A DNA stretch of 64,000 nt from the human T2T-CHM13v2.0 reference genome, Homo sapiens (GCF_009914755.1 NC_060939.1); one strand, 5' to 3'. Shown: positions 27,980-40,189, counted from the first letter of the stretch. Numbers and translations are program-made. The notes: generated by a model from the sequence alone, not told the origin.

Positions 27980-28195
27980 GGACTGGGGGATTCATATCCT
28001 ACCTTTGCCACTGAGAGGCCAGTGGGTCGCCTGCTGTGTTGCTCAATCCCTAGGTGAGTCAACGTCTTCATCTGCAAAATGGGGATACAAGGTAACAACA
28101 GTGACTCCCTCAAAGGGCAATGGTGAGGATTAAATGAGGTAACACACGCAAAGTGCTCGCCAGGCAGGCCCACAGTAATCATTGAATAAATATGG
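27980..28195 (+). mobile_element. MIR SINE
   Basis: CTTCATCTGCAAAATGGGGATA...GTGAGGATTAAATGAG. Confidence 0.75.
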
Positions 28196-28589
28196 GCAGT
28201 GTGGCCCACTCCTACTTGCATTTCAGGTCTTAGCTTAGTCATCACCTCCTCTGAGGTTGGCTGTGTGCTCCCTTAGTACATGGTATCTCCTCTTCTACCA
28301 CAGCCCGGCACCTGTCATCCCCACCACACTGCAAACTCTCCGAGGCCAACAGCCAGTCGACTGGGTTGGCTGCTGGTGGGGACGCATAATAGGCATTCAG
28401 GAAATACTGAATGAATGACATGGGGTGAGGGTCCCAGTGATACGAGGGCGTGCAGAGGCTGTAGGGGGCAGTCCGGGGTGGGGGTAGGTCGTGAGACTGA
28501 ATGGGCAGGTGGACCTCAACTCTGCGGGGGACAGAGAGAGCATGGGCGTCCAGGCTGTCCAGGGCTCCTTCTTGCCCTGGGACTGACCC

Positions 28590-29110
28590 TGGGAGGGCGC
28601 AGCGCCCTGGGAGAGGATGGTGCTCAACTTTAACCGGGTCGGCGCCCTCGGGAGAAAATGCAGCCTGACGGGTCGGGTGAGCGCGCTCGGCCCCGCCCCG
28701 GCCCGGCCCGGCCCCGCCCCCGGCCCCACCCCCGGGCCTTCGCGGTGCAGCTGAGGCTGCAAGTAGCCGGCGCCGTCCCGCGTCGCCCCCGCGCAGGGCG
28801 GGCCCCGCACGCTTATCCTGCCCGGGAGGAACGCCGGCGTCCAGCCCGCTACCGGCCGCCGCTGCGGGATGCTGCGCTCCACGTCCACGGTCACCCTGCT
28901 CTCGGGCGGCGCCGCCAGGACGCCCGGGGCGCCCAGCAGGAGGGTGAGTAGCGGGGGCGGGAGCCGCCGCCGTCCCGTTCCCCCATCCCGGCCGCCCCCT
29001 CTAGAGGGGACTAGGGATGGGAAAGCTCGGGAGCCAGCACCTGGCCCCGACGCCCCACCCTGGGCTCAACTCCCCGGTCCTGTGCCGGCTCTGGCAGTGA
29101 CCCTCCCGCT
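28590..29110 (+). promoter_or_regulatory. CpG island / TATA-less promoter and 5' UTR of MYZAP
   Basis: Only CpG-dense stretch in the window; tandem GC boxes (GCCCCGCCCC, CCCCACCC) at 28690-28733; E-box CAGCTG 28748-28753; GATA (CTTATC) 28812-28817; immediately precedes the ATG. Confidence 0.9.
28869..28943 (+). CDS. MYZAP: MYZAP/GCOM1 coding exon 1 (25 aa, MLRSTSTVTLLSGGAARTPGAPSRR)
   Basis: ATG at 28869 in a CpG island (GGG ATG C, purine at -3); donor AGG|GTGAGT at 28944; 75 nt, phase 0; peptide matches the recalled MYZAP N-terminus and splices in frame to exon 2. Confidence 0.96.
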
Positions 29111-29348
29111 TGAGGTTTCAGGGGGCCCACCAGCTGGTAGGAGAGGGCTTAGGGGACTTTATGGAATTCCCAGAGATTTCCTCTCCTTCCTGCCTTTCTG
29201 TCAAGCCGAGTTTATTGGCGGCACCAGTTTAAAAATGAAGGAAGACATTTGTGCAGTGTCCCTACCTTGAGACTCAAAAGTAATGAATGTATTTAAAACT
29301 CAAACTTTCCTTCTTCCATTAATTAAAAGAAAGATGGGGTCACTTGTG

Positions 29349-29384
29349 TCCACTAGTGATAGGGTATCCACTAGTGATAGGGTA
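29349..29384. repeat. Perfect 18-bp tandem duplication (TCCACTAGTGATAGGGTA x2)
   Basis: Units at 29349-29366 and 29367-29384 are identical. Confidence 0.95.
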
Positions 29385-29942
29385 ATTCTGGAGTGGGGTT
29401 AGCCAAGGTGGGCAAACCAGAACAGCAGCCGGCCGCCCAGGAGCCCGACTGTGTGGGACTCCGGTTTATGTAAACCACTTTCTTCTGTCTGATTTAAATA
29501 TTAGCACAGTGACAACAATGGCAGCACTGAAAGCTTGGGACAGCATCTCCAGGGAAGGTTTCCCTTTGGAAGTGCTGTTTCTTTTTGATCTTTGTGGCAT
29601 CTTTTCCCATCTCTCCAGATGCTCTGTAAAAGAAATGCTCCATCTTTCTAACACGGTCAGCACCTTAGAGCCACAGCCAGGGGCTTGGCTTGTGGCTTTT
29701 TAGTTCTTCCATTTATCATGATGTTCAATACTTATCATTTGGTACCTCTTTGCTCTGATTGAGACTTCTGTAATCGTGTTTCCTCAAGATTTAAACAGGT
29801 GGTTAAGTCCAAAGCAAAACCCCCACTGGTTCTGTCTGCGTGCAGGCTTGGACCTGCTTATTTGCTTTTACATGCCTTAAGCGAGTGATGGTGGTCACCT
29901 TATAAGCTGTCTTTCTTAGCTCTAGAAGAAAGGTGTGTTACT

Positions 29943-30030
29943 CTTGGGCATGGGCCAACTGATGGATTCTGGGGTGTGTGTGTGCGTGCACTCACCAGAC
30001 ACTTAGGTTGTGTACACAGGCGCATGCGCG

Positions 30031-30091
<61 letters not shown>

Positions 30092-30120
30092 CAGAATCCA
30101 TCAGTTGGCTCATGCCCAAG
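29943..30120. repeat. 42-bp inverted repeat enclosing a (CG)n(CA)n microsatellite
   Basis: 29943-29984 is the reverse complement of 30079-30120 except for one G/T pair (29953/30110). Confidence 0.95.
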
Positions 30121-30863
30121 GTTGACAGAACTCCAGTTGTCCAATCATTAGCATCATAGAGTAAGATCTACATTGGGTCCAAGGGGGTTTCCAACCACAG
30201 TCCTGGCCTTACTCTAAGTTGGGTGTTTGTATTTTTCTATGGAAATCTTTCTCAATTTGAACACAATTGCAACTGAGAAAGAATGAAGTCACTGAAAAGC
30301 TAACCCTGAGCCCTGAGAGGATCATATGTGTGACCAGACTGCATGAATTGCATGAAATTCTCTGTAACTTCCCTTCCAGAGGTGGGGATTAGTTGGGGTA
30401 CCTAACCTAATACGGTGGGTTGATACAAATGTGACTAGTATACAAATAACATTTCTGAAGATTTTGGGTCAAACGTTTCCTTTGGAATATTTATTTAATT
30501 ATAGGTGCTTTGCTGTCGGACACATTGTGACACTCTTGAAAAGACTTTGCCTTTTGAATAAGATGGCAGACGTATTTTGGACTGGAGAACTCAGGGCTCG
30601 GGATCAGGCCATTCAGGGCTGTCCTGGGTACACTGGTACTTGTTTCTGGAAGGAAGGTATCTAAAGGGTCTAGGGTTCTGCCCATCTTTATGGTTTCTAG
30701 CTCTGCTCATGATTTGCAGATGTTACAAGTACTATCTGTGTGTGTGCTGGGGATTGTGTGTGTGGTGGGAAGCTGTGAGATGTTGATTAATTGATTTATT
30801 GAACATTCATAAACCTTTCTCTGTGTGGTAAAGGGCTGGCATTGGGGTCCGCCCTACCTGTAG

Positions 30864-31302
<439 letters not shown>

Positions 31303-31403
31303 TGAGTTTAATCTTGCAGGATGAGTAGAATTTGTAGGGGAATTGACATTATTGGGATACTGAAAGGAGGAAATAACCATCTCAATGGAATACTTGGCAT
31401 ATA

Positions 31404-31615
31404 TAATCATGTACTGCATAACCACATTTCGGTCAACAGTAGCCAGGATATATGACGGTGGTTGGAATGGTAGGCTATCTCATATCGCCTAGGTGTGTGG
31501 TAGGCTATACCATCTAGGTTTGTGTAAGTGCACTCTATGATGATTACGCAACGACAAAAATCATCAAATGATGCATTTCTCAGAGTGCATCTCCACGGTT
31601 AAGTGACACATGACT
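31404..31615 (+). mobile_element. Tigger3a/MER7-like DNA transposon (internally deleted)
   Basis: CATTTCGGTCAAC...TAGGCTATACCATCTAGGTTTGTGTAAGTGCACTCTATGATG...TTAAGTGACACATGACT. Confidence 0.85.
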
Positions 31616-32039
31616 ACTTTATCATGATGGCAAATTGGACCTGCTTTGGGACAAAATACCTATTGTTTAGAAAAGCAGGAACGGGATGTCCTGAAAGTAA
31701 AATTGTAGACCAAATAATCATTGGAAGTGTACCTTTCATTGAAAGTTGTTCAGCAAATACTGTATTGTTCTGTTATTCCTCTCTGATGATGGACAAGTGA
31801 TGGTCTTGAACATGTTATCCATTAAAATTGTATTTCTGGTTCATCCAAAGAGCTCATCAAATTGGGTACTGCAGGGGAAACCAGCCTATGTGGGTCCAGA
31901 TATTCAAGCCAACCAGAAGTGGTGGTGACAGCTGACACTGAGCAGGGACTCCTGCGAGCCAGCTGCCAAGGGTTATGTGGCTGGCTGGACTGCCACCAGT
32001 TAGCCTTTGTTCAATGGCTGCCACCTGCAATTTGTATTT

Positions 32040-32230
32040 CCTTCTTATCTGAAATCACCTCTCAAGGAAAAAAAAACCAACAGGTGGAGAGAGTAATTTC
32101 TGTCAGCTGATAAACAAAGCTCTGAAAGGCATTTATGGATGCCAACCAGCAGAAGTTGTGAAATTAAAAAAACTTCCTTCAAACCAGTTGTGCACTAAAA
32201 ATAGTTTTATCTATGGCAACAGCAGGAAGA
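32040..32230. promoter_or_regulatory. Candidate intron-1 cardiac/muscle enhancer (MEF2 plus GATA cluster)
   Basis: CTAAAAATAG 32195-32204; GATA sites at 32044-32050, 32108-32113 and 32206-32212; CAGCTG 32104-32109; no repeat recognised here. Motif evidence only. Confidence 0.45.
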
Positions 32231-34116
32231 CAAATTGACTGGAGAATAACCACAGCCAGAAGATGACCTTGGGGAATGGGGGGAAACGATTTTAAAAATA
32301 TTGACCTTGCTTCATGCTTTTGAAAGGAATTTTATAAATGCCAGTTAGTCTTGCTAAATGGGCCTTTGAAATGGAAGGTTGGTTGTGTGGCTGGGTCGTG
32401 TGCTTTGCGGGGAAGGCATGTGTTGCTTTATGGCTTCCCCACAAAGCACACAACCGGGTCACACAACTGACCTTTCGGCACAATACTTACTGCCGAGTAT
32501 TTTTGGCTAAGCTGTTCTGATCCTGGGCTGTGGAATGATAGATCTGTCAAGGATCTTCTCCAGCACCTTGCTCTCTTGATAATAAAAGACTGTTGGCTGG
32601 TGTTGCTGCTATCGTGACCCGTCACTGGCACAGAGAAAAAACAAAACCCAACAAGGTCACAGGATAGGACTATCTCCTAGCCTGCCCTTGCTGATATTTC
32701 TTTCTATTTGGCAAAGGCTTCCTCTGTTAAACACTGGAATGGGCCTGCTAGTCATTGTTCCTTGGCTAATGTGTCCCTCTCCCATGTCCCATTGCTGCCT
32801 GACTGGGCTAAGTTGTGAGGGTTTGGAACCAAGGCGTCCTCTGGGCTAAGGGCAGGGCTTAAACCTGTGCCGGTCAAAAATGATGGTTGTAGGCTCAGAA
32901 AAAGAGGTGCCCAGCTCTATGCTTTTGATCTTTCACATTGCCTTGTTTGATAGAGGATGAACAGACCTGAATTCTGGAGACTCGTAAGGAAACTTGATTT
33001 CCCCTAGACATTTATGGAGATCCCATGGCTTTTCTACAAAGGATATGGAATGTGATTTTGACCCATTTGTCTCTGGGGGCACTGATGGAGTGCTGCGTAT
33101 GAGGTCCCTGTTGTAGTTTACCTATGCTGTGCATCCATATCTGAACAAGAGACCTGGAGGCTGGTGTCACTAAGCCCTGGTCACTGGGGAAGGCTTTGAA
33201 GTCAATTAGCCTCAAATGTTCTTGTCTAATTGAGTTCAAGGAGCTGTGGGCCCAGGGCTGACTAACTAGAGACCATGTTAAATATTTCAACCCAAGATAC
33301 TTCTCAGCACTCATCATGCCTTATGGTCTTACGGAATTCCAGTACTTCTCCAGCACACAGAAGAGCAATACAGTGGTGTTTACCTCTTTCCCTCTTTGGT
33401 GAGTGATAGTTCCTAAGTGTCAACCACACTCCTGGCTCTTTTTCACTCTTAAAGGCCGGGGTGATCTTTCTAAAATGCTAAATCTAGTCTCCTGACTCGT
33501 CTGCTTCAAGAGCCTCCTCAGTACTGCCAGGAAAAAGTTCACACTCCTTAGTGTAGCATCCAGGCCCTCTGGTTTGGCCCGTGCCTGTGCTGTTTCCCCT
33601 CCCTATATGTGGTCTTCTCAGATATTCCAAATCGTTTGCCATTTCCCCGAGCTTTCGATGCCGTTCCTTGCCTCTTTGCTTTTCTTCATGTTTCTCCTCT
33701 GATGAGTGTTGTCTCCTCTAGGAAGCCTGCCCTGAAACCTCAACCCTCCTTCTCGTGTTCCCCTAGAGGCCTGTGCATGCCACCATTACTTGCGTCACCT
33801 GTGATTACCTACTGGAAGACAGGGCTTAGGAACCACCCCTCCCCAGGCCTGGTGGAATAGGCAGTTAAAAACAGAAATCTCACCAGGTCCTACGTAGAGG
33901 AGCCACAGTTAACATTGAATTGGCAAATGGAAAAACAGGAAGAGAAGCCTTGGGTTAAATCCATCCCATCACTTCTGACCCACCTGGGCAGGAAACGGGT
34001 GACAAATACATGGGAATGCTGGCCCAGGTGAGGAGTTTGACAGTTCTGGGAAGTCCTCCAAATATTCGAGTTGCCTCATCCTGCTGCACAGTTGGAGCTT
34101 CATCCCTTTGGTTCAG

Positions 34117-34285
34117 TCAGTGGTTCTCAACCAGTTATACACAGAATCACTGGGAGGCTTAAAATAGCCATGTCGAGGCCTCATCCCAAACCAATTAAAT
34201 GGGAACATCTTAAAGTACAGAAAAGCATGAGTATTTTTTAGGAAGCTTCCCAGGCGATTCTAATGTGCAGCAAGGCTAACAATAT
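34117..34285. mobile_element. MER5A-like hAT-Charlie element
   Basis: CAGTGGTTCTCAACC...AGAATCAC...CCCAGGCGATTCTAATGTGCAGC. Confidence 0.75.
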
Positions 34286-34539
34286 TTCTTTAAGCATTAC
34301 TCCCTTCTATAGCTTTCTTGGAAATGCAGACACTCCTGGGACAGTGTTGCAGAAAGGTCCCTTGAGCCTTGTGGGATGAAGGGCAGGGTGGTGATGGGGC
34401 AGGGAGGGGGAGTCCTCGCACTCCAAGTCACACTGGCATCTTTGTGTGCCTTCATCCACCTGTGTTTTCTCTCTGGATCTTGGCGTTTGGGGCACATTGT
34501 GTGCCTAGTACAGAACACAGCCACAGAAAGCAGGAATGT

Positions 34540-34637
34540 TTTGTATGCCTCTGAGCTAAGAATGGTTTTCACAGGGGCCTGCAAAACCTAAATATTTACT
34601 GTCTGGCTCTCTACAGAAAAAGTTCGCCCCACCCTGA
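34540..34637. mobile_element. MER58-like fragment
   Basis: GCAAAACCTAAATATTTACTGTCTGGCTCTCTACAGAAAAAGTTCGCCC. Confidence 0.7.
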
Positions 34638-35884
34638 TGTAGATAATTGGGCTGCAAGTTCAGGGCCACAGCAGAGCCAAGAGGTCTAATCTAGATGGGG
34701 CATACACTGTTCCGCATGCAGCCTGCTGCAGGCTCCTGGGATTTGATCCTTGTGCTGAGCAGAGAGTGTGGGGTCTGTTCCCCCTAGCCACACTTACAAG
34801 GGCCCCACCTTTTATCATTAAGGGGAGCTGGGCAGGGACCCACAGTCACAAAGTGGAACAGGCCTGAGAGAAATGTAAATGCACTTGGCTAATTTCCTTA
34901 GGGAAATCCATCTTTGTAAACTGGCAAACCCCTGTCACCTCCCTGAATCATCTTCTCCACTCCCTTTTTATTTGAGATAGATATTTTTCCCCTGGGTGAG
35001 CCAAGGTGCCTGAAGTTGAGAGCATGATGTTACTGGATCCGCAGAGTACCCCGTAGGTGAGACCCAGGCCCTCATCTCCACAAAAGGGTCAGAAACAAGG
35101 CCTGAGGGGACCCATGTAGCTCCCCAGGGGCCCTGAGTTGCCAAAAAGGGTTTTGTTGTGCTTTTTCTTGTGGAGGAAACCTGAATGCTACCTGTCCCTC
35201 CCTTGCTATCCTTCCCAGGGGGGTTGGTTTCAAGAAAGTGCAAGGCACTCCAGGGAGTTTCAGGTATATTCTTACTTTGTTTTAGTTCAACCTAGAAAAA
35301 ACTACAAAACCCAACACTGAGCGAGCGCCCATCATGTGTTGATACTATGCTAAGCACCGTAGGGGCTATATTAAGTGGTGACGGTACAAAGCTTACTTGA
35401 TCACTCCCCCTATGTTTTCCCTTCCGTCCATTGTGTGGTGCATGGAACACTGGAGGCACTGAAAAATGACCAGTTGGATTATTGAAATGAACTCAGATTT
35501 GAATGTTAGTCTCTTCCTCCAAAGATTTGAATGACTCCTCATTGTCTTCTGACTAGAGCCAGTGCTTCTCTATCATGCATTTGTAGATTGATAGTTCAGC
35601 CCCTATCTGTTTGTCCATTTGCCTGTCCTACCCAGGCTTAGGCTGCAGGTTCTTATTCTTGGAACTTGCCGACATCTGTGTGTTTGGCACAGACTAGAAC
35701 GCCTTGCCTGATAGCTGTCTGCTGTTGTTATGATGGTGGGTTCTCCAAACCTCACTGACCTGTAAAGTCCTTTCTGTCCTTCTATACCCAGCTTAAATTG
35801 TATCCCGAGGGTCCTTCCTGAGGGACTTTCCCATATATTCCCACCTCCCATTAAGATTAGTGTTCTTCTTCCTATATTCCCATG

Positions 35885-36130
35885 ATAATAAAGAATGTTT
35901 ACAGAGTGCTTAATGCGTGCCAGAAATTGTCCTAAGCTCTTTACACACATTAGCTAATTTAATCCTCACAACATTCCTAAGAGGGTATAGTATTGTTAGT
36001 TCTTTTTACAACTAGGGTAATGGAAGCACTGAAGACTAAGTGGCTTTCCAAAGGTCTCAAAGCTAGTAGGTGTCAGAACCAATACTGGAAGCCAGGAAGT
36101 ACATTTCCACTATGATTTAACCACAAAGCT
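35885..36130 (-). mobile_element. MIR SINE
   Basis: GTGCCAG...TTTAATCCTCACAAC...AAGGTCTCAAAGCTAGTAGGTG. Confidence 0.75.
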
Positions 36131-37673
36131 ATCCTGTCTCTCTACACCTTGTATTGGTTATTCCAAGTGTTCTTGATTGCCTTGTTTGGGTATATTTCTA
36201 GATTATGTACTCCTTGGAGGCCAGCATTTTTTTTTTTTTTTGCCATCGTCGTACCCTCATAGTCCCTAAAAATATTTCACAAGTAATAGGTGCTCAGTAA
36301 CTGAGTAATAAAGTATGCTGAGTCCAGCTTCCTGCTTTGATCTCCTGGAAGGAACCCTTGCCCCCAGGGACAGCTGGTTCGGTAGCAGTGGTGTTCAGGG
36401 TAGGATGCAGTTCTTCGCATTGTGCATAACACAAGCCCTGAACCAGCTGCTTTGGGAACCCCTGGGAATAAAGTGCCCTACCTGCCTTTCAGGCACTGCC
36501 AAGCCTGGGGCATCTCTGGAGATTGTGTATCCGAGTTTCAGGAGACCATGGAGATCAGCCTCGTAAAATGCTCGGAGGTAAGGAATGCTGCCTTGATGTT
36601 ACTCGGGGAGATTTTCCCATGGGGAGATTGCGGAAGGTGAATGAATGGAGGGAGGTAGACTGTACTCGGACAACTTTATGGGTGGTTCAGGGGTTACTGT
36701 CCTTAGTGCTTCTGTTAGGGATTCAGAGTACCTTTTAGACCTTTAGAATGTCCCCCTTGCTGCTCCTGAAGCAGTCCTGTGGAAGGATTAGTCTCTTTCT
36801 GGATCTGTCTCTTCCCGACATATTTTCTCCCAGTCTTTGTTATTACTATAACTACTATTATTATTTTAATCAAAACCTTACATATCTTAACATCGTTGCC
36901 ACCAACACAGAAATCTGTTTCCTTAAGAATATCTTCCGCCTACATCTACACAAGTTATCAGGGTATATTTAAAAAATTAAAATGGGATTATTCTTAATGT
37001 TTTGTTCTGCAACTTTCTTTCTTCCCCATGGCCATACATTTGGCTATCTTGTAAGGAAGATGTGTGATTCTGTTCTAAGCTGGGTTTAAATTGCTCCTGA
37101 ACAGCCAGTCCATCAGTGGGTCAGTGTTTATTAAAGAAAAACTAGCTTTGCTCCTTAATGTTTTGATCAAAGCACCTCTGTTGACAAGAGTAAACTTCAG
37201 ACAGGGTGCTGCAGTAGCCTCAAGCGCCTGCTGCAACTGCCAAATGTCTTTGAGGTCATATGTTTTATTTTACAAGTTCATTTTATTTTATGCATTCTGT
37301 TTACCTTGTGGCTTTGTATACCTCAGGGTATTGCTCAGTGTGAGAGCTTCATATAAGGGTTGCCCAGCTCATCATAGGAAGTGTGTTGAGGAATATAGAT
37401 GGGCAGATGAAGAATGGGCTCAAGCCAGGGGAGGGACCATCTAACTTTTGAGTGATTGGACCCATGGGACCCCCTTTCTGAAAATTATGACCATTAAGGA
37501 TTACCCCTCTAAAATAATCAACCAACCGAAAGTCATCACTTACAGTGTTAATGTCTCTGATTCATTGACCAAATTGTTATTTTCATGGAAACAGGACTGT
37601 GAGGCTAAGCAGGTCTGTTTCATTTTGAAGCATATAGGATGATGATAATATCTAGATAATAGTAAAAATATCT

Positions 37674-37975
37674 GGCTGGGTGCAGTGGCTCATGCCTGAA
37701 ATCCCAACACATTTGGAGGCTGAGACAGGATTGCTTGAGCCCAGGTGTCTAAGACCCATGTGGGCAACATAGTAAGACTCTGTGTCTACAAAAAATAAAA
37801 AATTAGCCAGGCATGGTGATGCATGCCTGTGGTCCCAGCTATTTAGGGGCCTGAGGTCGGAGAATCACTTGAGCCCAGGAGATTGAGGCTGCAGTGCTAT
37901 GATTACACCACTGCACTCCAGCCTGGGCGACAGAGCAAGACCCAGTCTCAAAATAAATAAATAATCAAATAAAAA
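37674..37975 (+). mobile_element. AluJ SINE
   Basis: AluJ diagnostics; TSD TAAAAATATCT at 37663-37673 and 37976-37986. Confidence 0.93.
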
Positions 37976-38099
37976 TAAAAATATCTAATATTCATAGAGG
38001 CTTACTATGTGACACTCTCCCTTTATCCCATTTTACCCTTGAGATTCAGAGAGATTAAGTAACTTTCCCGTAGACACACAGCTAGTAGATGTTGGAGCC

Positions 38100-38176
38100 T
38101 GTGTATGTGTGTATGTGTGATAGGCATATATGTACGTGTGTGCACACTTGTGTGTGTGTGTGTGTGTGTGTGTGTG
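38100..38176. repeat. Imperfect (TG)n microsatellite
   Basis: TG-rich stretch with a pure run at ~38149-38176. Confidence 0.9.
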
Positions 38177-39079
38177 ATGTGGTGCAGGAGAAAAGGACTT
38201 CCTTTTCCCTGCAGAATTATGCATGGACTAGACCCAGCCTAATAGGAGATTGTTGAGCACCACAGGTTTGGATTGTCTCTGTGGTCTGAGTTACACTTTG
38301 ATGCTTGTGCAAATGTCAGACTGGTTTCAACCAGTCTGAGGGGCCTGGAGCCAGAGAGTTGCCTTTCTCTGGAGGGACTCAAGATTCCCTACTCAAGATC
38401 AGTGTTGTTGCCCACCAGGAAAGAGAGCTACCTGGTAGTATGGCTTGGTTTCTTTTTGGCCAACATGACTGACGGTGAGCTTTGAAGGTTGCTTGTAAAG
38501 TTGGCCCCACAAGAGGCAATGATAGCCCTGGGGGTCAGGCCACATCTGATTCCGGGGTCCCTGGGGGATGATGCTTGCCAAGAGGAGGATGAGGATGGAG
38601 AGGGATCTTGAAACCAAGTCATGTGATTTAAAGAACTGGGGTTGTTTCGTCCAGAAGAAAGGAAGTTCAAGGGACAGGAGGACTGCCTAGAAAAAGGGGA
38701 ATTAGTTTGCAGTCCGAGGACAACCCTGGGTCCATTAGGTAGAAATTCTGGTGTAAGCTCAGATCAGCAAGTTAGAGGTGCCTGGTAGCAAAATGCAATG
38801 CCTTGGAGGGTGGCAATGGTGTACGTGGAAGTGCTAACATGGGTCCCAAACCTGGGCTCCCTAACCTGTTCATGGAAAATGAACAGGTTGGTGCCACCTG
38901 TCAGGTACATTTTCGGGTGTTGGGTTTCTTCAAAGGTGGGCAGGTTGAACTCAAGAGATTTTTGACATTCCCTCTAGCCCTGGGCTTCTAGGCTGCAGGG
39001 TGGTTTTGCTAAGAGGCCACCCTGTGGACCAGTGCAGATCTGTGAACCTGCCAACCAGACTGGGACGGGGGTGGAGAGG

Positions 39080-39490
39080 ATTTGTTTGCTAGGGCTGCCA
39101 TGAAAACTACCACAACGCCATTGGCTTAAACAACAGAAATTTCTTGTCTCACAGTTCTGGAGGTTAGTGGCCCAAAATTAAGGTGTTGGCAAGGTTGGTT
39201 TCTTCTGAGGTCTGTGAAGGAACTCTCTGTTCTAGGCCCTTCTCCTTGGCTGTTGATGGGTCGTCTTAATGTTTATATGATGATCGCCCTGTATGTGTGT
39301 CTCTCCCCAAATTTCCCACTCTTATAAGGACACCAGTCATTTTGATTTAGGGCCACACTTATGATCTCATTTTTACTTGATTACCTCTGTAAAGACCCTT
39401 TCTTCAAATAAGGTCACATTCTGAGATGCCAGGAAGGCGGTCAGGACTTCAATGGATGAATTTTAGAGGGATGCAATTCAACCCATATTA
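39080..39490 (-). mobile_element. MLT1-family MaLR solo LTR
   Basis: GCTAGGGCTGCC...GGCTTAAACAACAGAAATTT...CACAGTTCTGGAGG...AAATAAGGTCACATTCTGAG. Confidence 0.85.
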
Positions 39491-39559
39491 GGGAGCCAAC
39501 AGCACTCCCGCGAACTGAGCCCACATGGCATTTCAGGCATGTGATGGGGACCATGAGTA

Positions 39560-39790
39560 TAAGAGCTAAGAAAGTAAGCCCCGGAGACTGCCTGGGTTCA
39601 AATCTCAGCTCTGTCATTTCCCAGCCATGTAACCCTTCAGAGGCTTAGCTTCCTCATCTGAAAAATGGGGCAGGTAAGAGAATCTCTTACCATAGGTTTG
39701 TGGTGAGGCTTAAATGAATAAATACCTGTAAAACACTTAGAAGATGCCTATACATGGTTAGCTATTACTATTATTACTGTTATTGTCCCC
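39560..39790 (+). mobile_element. MIR SINE
   Basis: GACTGCCTGGGTTCAAATCTCAGCTCTG...TTCCTCATCTGAAAAATGGGG. Confidence 0.8.
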
Positions 39791-40189
39791 TCGTACTACA
39801 GATTATAGTAGTCCATTTTTCCCTCTGTTGAGTAGGAAAATGACTTTGCCCCTAAGTCACCCTTCGTCAACAGAATATGATAAATCACACAAATTGTAGC
39901 TTCTCTCACTGAGTGGTATAATGCTTTTTTATTTTTAACAGAAATGGTGCAATTTAGACTTTAAAAAATCATTTAGGAACCTTTATCCGATATTTCAGTG
40001 AAATTTTTTGGCAGCCTTTAATAAACTGACGTGAGAATCTCAGTGACTAGTGACAAATATTCATGGTGACATAGCTAATTAAGGAGTCAGATGTCTTACC
40101 AAAACTCATAAGCATTATATTTTCTTCTCCTAAGCCTTTCCAGCTAACTGTCTTACTTTTAGTCTGTATCCAACAAGCAGGGACAGCTT

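Noticed and set aside
28397-28894. 165-aa antisense ORF and 97-aa ORF 28658..28951 over the promoter
   Set aside because: Stop-poor GC-rich CpG-island sequence. The 28658 ATG lies upstream of the GC boxes and so probably upstream of the TSS; it would be an overlapping uORF only if CAGE showed starts before 28658
28944-29270. Extension of ORF 28869..29270 (133 aa) beyond codon 25
   Set aside because: A consensus donor AGG|GTGAGT at 28944 and an in-frame exon 2 explain the gene; the rest is GC-rich intron
29349-29384. Resemblance of the duplicated 18-mer to a tet operator (AGTGATAG)
   Set aside because: Only a half-site-length match, with no full tetO palindrome or vector sequence; no sign of engineered DNA
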